The notes beneath the pieces are model-generated. The model saw only the letters and a program-made list of their open reading frames with translations, made no database searches and had not been told where the DNA came from. Position numbers and translations under genes: made by a program. A stretch of 64,000 nt of DNA from Candidatus Eiseniibacteriota bacterium (GTDB taxonomy: Bacteria > Eisenbacteria > RBG-16-71-46): assembly GCA_038231135.1 (NCBI GenBank), contig JBBRLX010000003.1, positions 184,458 to 248,457 of the forward strand, read 5' to 3'. Below, one piece after another: positions 52,777 to 60,936 of this stretch. The number at the start of each line of letters is the position of its first letter. The stretch's first letter is position 1.

Positions 52777-55700
52777 TCACCTCAGCATCGCGAATTTCCT
52801 CGTCGTGGTCTCGGCGGGTGTGCGGACCCGGTAGAAGTAGACGCCCGACGGCAGGCGGGCTCCGTCGGAGCCCCGGCCATCGAACCACAGGCTGCGCCGC
52901 CCGGCGCCGACGTTGGCGTTCAGCAGCACGCGCACCACGCGGCCCGTCAGGTCGATGATCCGGACATCGGCGGGTCCCGCCACGGGCATCGAGAATCCGA
53001 TCGTCGCGCCCGATGCGATGGGGTTCGGCGCCAGCACCACGCCGCGTTCGATCGATCCGGACATCGCGTCGGCCGCAGTCGCCAGGCGCGCCCGGTCGGC
53101 GTCCGTCACCGGACCCGTTGCCGACGAATCGAGCGCGGTACTGTCGGCCGTGCCGTTCGCGTTGAGCACCTGGATGCCGATGTTGTCGACGATCAGCGTC
53201 TCGGCCGGCGCCGTCGGGTCGTCGATCATCTGGAAATCGAGCTTGTCGCCGGTCCGAATGACCGGGTGGTCGATCGACACGAGTCGCCACACGGAATCGA
53301 CGGACGACGCCTCGTTCTGGGTGGCCCCATACAGCCGGTTGCCCCGGTATTCGCGCACCCGGAACTGCACGTGGGCGCCGGAGGGCGAGCGCACCCAGGC
53401 GCTGTAGCGGTACACCTTTCCGAGGTTCGCGACGGGTATGTTCATGACCCAGTTGGGGCTGTCATTGACGCCGATTTCGTGGATCCCCGGCCCGAATGCC
53501 GCCAGCGCCCAATCGCCGTCGAACCCGCCGTGCACGCGGGCGATCTTGCCGTAGTCGTAGTCCGTCCAGCCATCGATGGCCAGCTCGAACGAGGAATTGA
53601 GCGCGAGATTGTTCGTCACGACCGGTGCGACCCGCACGGTCACCGAATCGCTGGCCGTCGAGCCGTTGAGGTCGGTGACGGTCACGATCGCGACCCAGGT
53701 TCCGGGTCCGTACACATGCGTCACGAACGGCGTTCGAAACGGGCCGAGGACCGTGCCGTCGCCGAAATCGAACGCGTACCAGTAGATCTTGCCGTCGGGA
53801 TCCACCGAGCGCTCGGGGTTGAACAGCACCGGCAACGGGGCGATGCCCGTGACGGGCGATGCGTCGAGATGCGCCACGAGATCGTTGGGACCGCCCTTGG
53901 GCCCGATCACCATGATGTGCCGCACTCCCGGAGTGGGATCGGACGCGCCGCGTGAATCCGTGACGGTGAACGTGACGGTATAGTTGCCCGGGAACTGGAA
54001 CGCGAGCGGCCCCGGATTCTGGGCCGAGCTGACCGGCGACGCGCCGCCGAAGTCCCAGGAATAGCTCAGCGGGAGATCGCCGTCGGGGTCGGTCCCCGTG
54101 CCCGCGAAATCGATGCTCTCGCCGACGAGCAGGGTGTCGTCCGTCGCCGGCGACGTGATGTCACCGTTCGGCGGCGTGTTGTTCGGCACGACCGTCACCT
54201 CGACGCCGTCGGGGGACGGATCCGCCAGCCCCCGGCTGTCGGTGACGGTCAGCCACACCGCGAACGTGCCGGTGTTGTCGAATCGCGTGACCGGATTCTG
54301 GACGGTCGCGTCGGGGGCGCCTGAGTCGTCGAACGTCCACCGGTAGGAGACGGCATCACCGTCCGGGTCGGTTCCGGTGGACAGGAAACTCACGGACTCG
54401 CCCTGCTGGACGGTCACGTTCGACACCGGGGCGTCGATCGTGCCGTTCGGCGCCTGGTTCGGTGTCACGACGATCGTGCGGGTCGGGGGAGTGGGATCGG
54501 CGAGGCCCTTCGAGTCCCGGACCGTGAACGTGGCGATGTAGATACCGGGCGTCGGGAATTTCGTCGGCCCCGGATCCTGCACCGAGCGGGAGTAGGGCCC
54601 GCCGCCGAAATTCCAGCTGTAGGTGACGGGGGTGTTGCCATCCGGGTCGGTGCCGGTGCCGAGGAACACGACGGCGTCACCCGCGACGATCGTCGTATCG
54701 CTCACCGGCGAATCGATCCTGCCGTTGGGCGGCTGGTTCGCCACCAGAGCGCTGACCGTGACGACACGGGTCGCAGGAGTCGGGTCGGACAGTCCGAGCG
54801 CGTCGGTCGCCGTGAACGACACGTTGAACGTGCCCGCCGTCGCGAACGTGACGGGGCCGGGGTTCTGTGCCGTCGAATTAGCGGCGCCGCCACCGAAATT
54901 CCACTGGTAGCTGAGGGGCGTGTTGCCGTCCGGGTCCAGAGCCGAGCCCTGGAAGGTCACGCTCTGCCCGGTCGCGATCGAGACATCGGTGGCGGGTGAG
55001 GAGATCGAGCTGTTCGGCGCCTGGTTCACGGAGAGCCCGGTGACGGTCACGGTGCGGCTGGGTGGTGTCGGGTCCGAAAGGCCCCGCGAATCGGTGGCGG
55101 TGAACGTCACGTGATAAGTGCCGGCGGTCGCGAACGCCACGGCGCCCGGGTTCTGCACGGTGGTGTTCGCCGCGCCGCCGCCGAAGTTCCACAAATAGGT
55201 GAGCGGCGTGTTGCCGTCGGGATCGTTCGCGGTGCCCTGGAACGTCACGCTCGATCCGGCGACGATCGTGACGTCCGAGGCGGGAGCGCCGATCGTGGCG
55301 TTCGGCGCCTGATTCCCGGTCGGCGCCGTGCCCGGAATCGTCACCGTGTCGAACACCGAGCCCGGCGAGCACGTGATGTCGTTCGTGTTCGTACCGCTGT
55401 CACCCGGGGGACCGCAGATCGCGTCCACGCGGAGCGCGGTGGCCGAGACCGACAGCCGAAGCGAGCCGTGATGGAACGCGCGGAATGCCGACCACGACGG
55501 CGCGGGGCAACCGCCGAGGTAGAGGCAACCCGACGACGGATCCTCCTCGAGACTCGCGCCGCCGCCGCCGGTGGTGATGTGGATCACGCCGGACTGCGGA
55601 TAGGATCGTTCGTAGTTGTGGCTGTGGCCGTTGATGTTGAGCTTGTACTTGCTGTGCGCGGCTCCCAGACGGCCGATGTAGCCCTGGAGGTCCTTGAGCC

Positions 55701-56544
55701 CCGGATGGTGCCCCGAGGAGTAGGCGGGCCGGTGCCCATAGGTGACGATGAATGTGATGTTGGGATCGGCCTGGGCCGCGTCCATGAGGGTGTTGGCCTT
55801 GGTGTACCAGTCCAGGAACGCGCCGCTGTACGGCTCGGGGTACGCGATGAACCGGACGTTGCCGTAGTCGAACCATGACCAGTCTTCACCCTTGCCGCCG
55901 GCCGCCGGCGCTCCCGGTGACGATTGCGCATTCGGCAGGTCGAACCGGCCCTTGTAGTTCCGGAAGTCGTCGCCGCTCGAATCGTATTCGTGGTTTCCCC
56001 ATGCCGGCATGTACGCGGCGTCCTGGGACCACGCCGTCACGTCGTTGAAATGCTGATCGACATCGGCCTGTCCATGATCGTTGGCATAGGTGAGGTCGCC
56101 GACCATCAGTGTGAACGCGGGCTTCAGGGCGGCGATCTCCTGCTGGACGATGCCGACCCGGGGATAGGTGCGCGTGCTGCCGATGTCCGCCTCGGCCATC
56201 ACCATGAAGTCGGACCGCCCGGGCGCGCGCGGGGTGCGGAACGTGTGGTCCGCGCCCGTGCCGATGGAGTAGTGGTAGAGCGTGTCGGCGACGAGGCTCG
56301 AGATCGGCGCCTCCCAGAACGGCCCCGCCGACGAGAATGGCAGTGGCGTGGGAGCGTGGGCCGTCGCGGTGAGCCCGTAGCCGGACGTGAGTCCGTAGCG
56401 AATCGAAGTGTCGGCGCCCCGCCAGTCGAATGTGACGGCATTGGGGCCGATGATCGTCCAGTGGATCTCGTCCGCGGCGAATGCCGGCGAGGCGAGCGCC
56501 GAGAGTGTGGCGGCGGTGAGCAGCAATCTGATGTGGTTCTTCAC
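52777..56544 (-). CDS. Exported purple-acid-phosphatase-like metallophosphoesterase with 6 PKD domains, a CBM-like domain and C-terminal T9SS/FlgD-like domain
   Basis: AGGGGA RBS plus GTG; signal peptide ending AFA; metal motifs DIG, GDLTY, GNHE, GH, GHSH; PKD repeats (Y.W.FGG…G.Y.V.FT.TD); PNP…LPSGVYFYRV…MLR. Confidence 0.9.
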   Translation of the reverse strand: MKNHIRLLLTAATLSALASPAFAADEIHWTIIGPNAVTFDWRGADTSIRYGLTSGYGLTATAHAPTPLPFSSAGPFWEAPISSLVADTLYHYSIGTGADHTFRTPRAPGRSDFMVMAEADIGSTRTYPRVGIVQQEIAALKPAFTLMVGDLTYANDHGQADVDQHFNDVTAWSQDAAYMPAWGNHEYDSSGDDFRNYKGRFDLPNAQSSPGAPAAGGKGEDWSWFDYGNVRFIAYPEPYSGAFLDWYTKANTLMDAAQADPNITFIVTYGHRPAYSSGHHPGLKDLQGYIGRLGAAHSKYKLNINGHSHNYERSYPQSGVIHITTGGGGASLEEDPSSGCLYLGGCPAPSWSAFRAFHHGSLRLSVSATALRVDAICGPPGDSGTNTNDITCSPGSVFDTVTIPGTAPTGNQAPNATIGAPASDVTIVAGSSVTFQGTANDPDGNTPLTYLWNFGGGAANTTVQNPGAVAFATAGTYHVTFTATDSRGLSDPTPPSRTVTVTGLSVNQAPNSSISSPATDVSIATGQSVTFQGSALDPDGNTPLSYQWNFGGGAANSTAQNPGPVTFATAGTFNVSFTATDALGLSDPTPATRVVTVSALVANQPPNGRIDSPVSDTTIVAGDAVVFLGTGTDPDGNTPVTYSWNFGGGPYSRSVQDPGPTKFPTPGIYIATFTVRDSKGLADPTPPTRTIVVTPNQAPNGTIDAPVSNVTVQQGESVSFLSTGTDPDGDAVSYRWTFDDSGAPDATVQNPVTRFDNTGTFAVWLTVTDSRGLADPSPDGVEVTVVPNNTPPNGDITSPATDDTLLVGESIDFAGTGTDPDGDLPLSYSWDFGGASPVSSAQNPGPLAFQFPGNYTVTFTVTDSRGASDPTPGVRHIMVIGPKGGPNDLVAHLDASPVTGIAPLPVLFNPERSVDPDGKIYWYAFDFGDGTVLGPFRTPFVTHVYGPGTWVAIVTVTDLNGSTASDSVTVRVAPVVTNNLALNSSFELAIDGWTDYDYGKIARVHGGFDGDWALAAFGPGIHEIGVNDSPNWVMNIPVANLGKVYRYSAWVRSPSGAHVQFRVREYRGNRLYGATQNEASSVDSVWRLVSIDHPVIRTGDKLDFQMIDDPTAPAETLIVDNIGIQVLNANGTADSTALDSSATGPVTDADRARLATAADAMSGSIERGVVLAPNPIASGATIGFSMPVAGPADVRIIDLTGRVVRVLLNANVGAGRRSLWFDGRGSDGARLPSGVYFYRVRTPAETTTRKFAMLR

Positions 56545-57308
56545 GGCATCCCCTGTCTGCTGCGGGCGGGCATATTGCCGCACCGCGAGCCGCTCCATGA
56601 TCGAGGCCTGAGATCGCGAATCGTGTGGTGCGTTGCGAAGGACGAGACCTTCGCGACCCCTCGACCGGAACTCCACGGGACTCAAGCTGCCGTGGGTTCC
56701 CGACGTGGAGACGGTCCGGATATTGGCCGAGTGCCGTGTCAGCGGGGGGGCAACCAGGGCGCTCGAATCGGAGCGTGCGCCGGAACCGAGACCCCGGAGG
56801 CACGCACTGCAACGCGACGACCGGTCTGCGAGGCTGGCGGGTTGCCTGAAGGGGTGCGACAGGCTTGACCGTCGAAGAACCGATTGTACGGGCGAGATGC
56901 TGACACGTAGTTACCCTAATGTCTCGCATTTCCGCAGGAAGTCAACGACTCCTGACAAGCTCGTGACGGTTGACGGCCCGTTTCGAACTCCCCCACCCGA
57001 CAACGGTAGATGCCATCGAATTCTAGGGGGCGTCACACGTCGGATTCCTGGTCTGCGGCAATTCGAGGACGTGGTAGTGGAGCCCGGCCGGGGTGATAGC
57101 ACGTCGATCCGGGGACCGAGGCGGCAGCGGACGAATGAGGGTGTCGAGCCCCGGCGGCGCCTGTTAGAATCGAGCCGGCACCTGCCGATGCCGTCATCGA
57201 GGCCGCCCACGTACGACTCGCGTGGCAAGTGGCATACCCTCGCTATCTTCCAGCGTGGCTGGCGGTTCCGACCGACTCCTGGCGTTCCCGTTCACCCCGA
57301 GGCTTCGA

Positions 57309-57797
57309 ATGAGCCGTCTGCCGTGCGCTGCGTGGGGATTCCGGCCGTGGGTTCGCTGGCTGCGCTGCCTGCTGGCGGTGGCGCTGCTGGCGGCCGTTGG
57401 GACGCGAGCCGCCGGCGCGGCCGGCTTCACCTGATCGGGAAACGGCTGTATGCCGTCGGTGCCCGTGCCGGCTGCCGATTTCCTGCTGGAGCACATGAGC
57501 AACGCGCTATGGGATCCGCTCGATCCGCAGAGCCTGGGATCCCTCGACCCGCGGCTGCATACGCGCGTGAACGGCGAAGTCTATCGGTTCGCCCGCCGCT
57601 GGACGCTGGTCCGGTTCCACCGCGACCCCACGCGCTGGTGCGGCATCCTGCGTGATCCGGTGAACGCGGTGCGGTTCCTGCCCGACCGCCGGTCGCCGCG
57701 GTTCGACTACAAGGACGGACCCTACTTCTTCGCCGCCGATTCGACGGCCCGCGCGTTCCGCGCCAATCCCGAGCAGTTCGCGATTCACCGCGACTGA
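57309..57797 (+). CDS. Candidate exported selenoprotein with two YHS-like repeats (in-frame TGA at 57432-57434 read as Sec42); otherwise a 115-aa YHS-like protein from 57450
   Basis: GAGG RBS; signal peptide; the frame stays open past the TGA as SGNGC into the 57450 ORF; hairpin right after the TGA; two DP…Y.F…F..(D/N)P repeats. Confidence 0.65.
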
Positions 57798-58020
57798 CGG
57801 TCGGACGGCGGCATCGTCGCATGCGTCCGGCCGCTCGCCCGAGCGGCGAGCCGGGATCGTCGATCGGAATCCGATGCCGCCCCCGGTAAGGTCCGACCGG
57901 CCCGGGCGGTTGCAAGAACTGCCTCCGAACCGCGGCTCCAACTGTGAAAACCTTGCAAAAGCCGCATCCCTCACGGGCCAATGGCGTGGGTTCCAGTCGC
58001 GGCACGGCACTTGTTAGCAC

Positions 58021-59367
58021 GTGGTCAGGCCGGAACCACGCCGGCCGACGGTTTTTTCGCGGGCCGGCCATGCTCATGGGGAGGATCCACTGCAGTCCAG
58101 CCCGACACACAATGGCGCACCGCTACCGGATCTCGACAGTCTCGGCAGCGCCGACGAGATCCTGCGCGCCATCGCCATGGAAACGCTCCGCGCCATCGAC
58201 GCGGAGTCCGCGCGAGTGGTGCTGCTGGCGGACGTGAATCCGACGGGCGGCGAGCGGTCGTTCCTGAGCACCACTTCCGATCGCGTCCCCGCGCAGGTGA
58301 CGCTCGAGCCCGAGCACTCGGCGATGCTGGCGGGCGTGGCCCGCGGCAGCGGGCCGATGCGGCACACCCGCACCACGCTCGAGCGCGAGGCGACGCCGGG
58401 CTGGCTCGACCGCATGCGCGCGGAACGCCGGCCCCGCAACTGGCTCGCGACCCCGATTCGCGGTCGCGGGGAGTCGGCGCTGGGCGTCATCGAGGTGACG
58501 AACCGGGCCCGGGGCAACTTCACTCTGGCCGACGAAGTAGCGGTGGCCCGGCTCGCGAGCATCGCCGCGGAGGCACTCGAGGTCGTGCTGTTCCGCGACA
58601 CGCGAACCGCGAATCACAAGCAGGGCGAGCTGATGTCGATGCTGTCCCACGAGCTGCGCACGCCGCTGGGCACCATGGTCGGCTGGACCGCGCTGTTGCG
58701 TTCGGGAAAGTTGAGCGACGCCGAATTCACCCATGGTCTCGACATCCTCGATCGCAGCGTGCAGGCGCAGGCGCAGCTCATCGATGACATGGCCGACCTG
58801 TCGCGCATCGTGACGGGCACGCTGGGGTTCGATCCGCACGCGATCGATTTGCGACCCGAGGTCACGGCGGCCGCGGCAGCCGTTCGGCCGGCGTGCGACG
58901 CCAGGTCGCTGCGTCTCGAACTCCGAATGGGCGCCCTCGAGGCCTGCGTGTCGGGAGATCGGATGCGACTCCAGCAGGTGGTGCGCCTGCTGATCGGCAA
59001 CGCGATCCGCAGCACGCCCGCGGGCGGCGGCATCCTGGTGACGATCGACGTCGAGCCGCCGGTGGCGGTGCTGCGCGTGAGGGAGGATGGCGGAGCGGCA
59101 CCCGTGAGCCCGCCCGACCCTGCGCCCGCCGCCGCCGTTCACGGGGACGAGCGTGCGGACGGCGCCGGCCTGGGTCTCGCCCTCGGTCTCGCGAGCCAGC
59201 TCGTCGAGCTCCACGGCGGCACCCTCGAGGTCACGGGCGAGGGTCGCGGCACGTGCTTCACGGTGCGGTTGCCGATCCACGATGCGGCCCACGTGCGTCC
59301 CGGTCCGCGGGTGCTGCGGCGGCGTCCGGAAGCAGCCGGCCGCAATTGGGCGCCCGCCAAGAGCTGA
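58021..59367 (+). CDS. GAF-HisKA histidine kinase with a degenerate ATPase domain (start uncertain)
   Basis: GAF-like LATPI…LGVIEVTNR..GNFT.ADE; H-box LSHELRTPL; GD..RLQQV..LIGNA; G2 GAGLGL; LVELHGG. Confidence 0.8.
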   Translation: MVRPEPRRPTVFSRAGHAHGEDPLQSSPTHNGAPLPDLDSLGSADEILRAIAMETLRAIDAESARVVLLADVNPTGGERSFLSTTSDRVPAQVTLEPEHSAMLAGVARGSGPMRHTRTTLEREATPGWLDRMRAERRPRNWLATPIRGRGESALGVIEVTNRARGNFTLADEVAVARLASIAAEALEVVLFRDTRTANHKQGELMSMLSHELRTPLGTMVGWTALLRSGKLSDAEFTHGLDILDRSVQAQAQLIDDMADLSRIVTGTLGFDPHAIDLRPEVTAAAAAVRPACDARSLRLELRMGALEACVSGDRMRLQQVVRLLIGNAIRSTPAGGGILVTIDVEPPVAVLRVREDGGAAPVSPPDPAPAAAVHGDERADGAGLGLALGLASQLVELHGGTLEVTGEGRGTCFTVRLPIHDAAHVRPGPRVLRRRPEAAGRNWAPAKS

Positions 59368-59530
59368 CCGTGGCTCCCCCCTGGCCTCAAGCCCGCGCAC
59401 GGCGTGATTTCCCGGGCGACGGTCCCGCCACGCTGGGTCCGGGCGCCGATGACGGTATGCTGCACCCCGGCCGTCACGACCGCCGTGAGGCTTCCCCTCA
59501 GCGACGCAGTCCCCGGGAGAGCTCCCTGTC

Positions 59531-60910
59531 ATGCCCAGTGTTCATGAGTCGTCTCCGCGATCCATTCTCCACTTTGGACTGCTCGTCGCAGGACTGATCC
59601 TGCTGGCACTCCCGGTGATGGCCGCGATGGCATGCGCCGATTCAACGTGGGTTCAGCACTTTCGCGCGGGCCGTGTGGCGTACGCCGCCGGGGACTTCGC
59701 CGGATTCCGGTCCCAGCTGAGGATCGTGCGCGACTCGATCGGCGAGCAGCCCGGCGTCAACTACAACCTGGCGTGTGCCGCGGCACGGCTAGGCCAGCGC
59801 GACGAGGCGCTCGAGCGGCTGCGCCGCTACGCGTTGTCCGGGCTGACGCAGGATCCCGCCGAGGATTCGGATTTCGTCGCCCTGTGGCAGGATCCCGGGT
59901 TCAAACCGATCGCGGCGCGCATTCGCGCGAATGGAGATTCGATCGGCAGCGCGCGCGTGCAGCACCGGTTCCGGGACGCGTCGCTGCTCACTGAGGACCT
60001 GGCGTACGACCCCCCGACCCGCCGGTTCTTCGCGACCAGCGTGCACCACGGCACGGTGGTGGAGGTGGGCGCTGATGGCGCCGAGCACGTATGGCGTGAT
60101 CCCGCGGCACGTCCGGGCTGGAGCCTGTTCGCGGCTCGCGTCGATGCGCCACGACGGCTGCTGTGGACGAGCGGCGCCGCGACTCCCACCGCGGCCGGCT
60201 ACGTGGCCGCGGATTCCGGCCGCACCGGCCTGACCGCGTGGGACCTGCGAACCGGCACGCCTAAACGCCGGCTGGAATGGCCGCGCGACGGCCGGCCGCG
60301 GCTGCTGGGCGACCTGACGGTGGGACCCGATGGGACCGTGTACGTGTGCGACTCGCCGGCGGGCGCGGTGCGGGTCGTGCGCCCGGGCGCCCACGCGATC
60401 GAGACGCTCGCTCCCGACGGCGCGTTCGATTCGCCGCAGACGCCGGCGTTGTCGGCGGACGGCCGGCGTCTGTATGTCCCCGATTATTCGCGCGGGATCG
60501 GCGTGCTCGACCTGCGCACCGGTGCACGGTCGTGGATGACGTTCGCGACCGGGCTCGCCCTGCAGGGCATCGACGGCCTGTACCTCCGCGACGGGGAACT
60601 GATCGCGGTTCAGAACGGCACGCGACCGGCACGGGTGATGCGGTTCCGCCTCGACGAGGCCGGCACGCGCGTCGTCAGCGGTGCGCCGATCGAGAGCGGC
60701 ACCGTGCGCCTCGGGCAGCCGACGCACGGCGTGATCGTGGGTTCGGAGTTCTGCTTCCTCGCCAACACCGGCTGGGATCGAGTGGGCGCGGACGAGCGGC
60801 TGTCGCCGGCGGCGGCGCCGCCGCCGGTGATCCTGCGTGCCGCGCTGGCGCCGTCTGCGTCCGGCGCCGCCGCACGGCCGGTTCGGACCCCGCCACATCG
60901 AGCGCATTGA
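59531..60910 (+). CDS. Exported TPR plus beta-propeller (SMP-30/gluconolactonase-like) protein
   Basis: Signal peptide; YNLACAAARLG…D.DF..L TPR; propeller blades EDLAYD, GDLTVGPDGTVYVCDS, SPQTP, GIDGL, QNG. Confidence 0.8.
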   Translation: MPSVHESSPRSILHFGLLVAGLILLALPVMAAMACADSTWVQHFRAGRVAYAAGDFAGFRSQLRIVRDSIGEQPGVNYNLACAAARLGQRDEALERLRRYALSGLTQDPAEDSDFVALWQDPGFKPIAARIRANGDSIGSARVQHRFRDASLLTEDLAYDPPTRRFFATSVHHGTVVEVGADGAEHVWRDPAARPGWSLFAARVDAPRRLLWTSGAATPTAAGYVAADSGRTGLTAWDLRTGTPKRRLEWPRDGRPRLLGDLTVGPDGTVYVCDSPAGAVRVVRPGAHAIETLAPDGAFDSPQTPALSADGRRLYVPDYSRGIGVLDLRTGARSWMTFATGLALQGIDGLYLRDGELIAVQNGTRPARVMRFRLDEAGTRVVSGAPIESGTVRLGQPTHGVIVGSEFCFLANTGWDRVGADERLSPAAAPPPVILRAALAPSASGAAARPVRTPPHRAH

Positions 60911-60936
60911 CCGGCGTCCAGCCTACGCGGGGCTGG

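Noticed and set aside
56745..56850. c-di-GMP-I riboswitch-like 3' end (GGCTGGCGGGTTGCC) on the plus strand
   Set aside because: Lacks the GGCAAA…GAAA…GACGCAAAG core and P3 pairing, and is about 450 nt from the nearest same-strand gene
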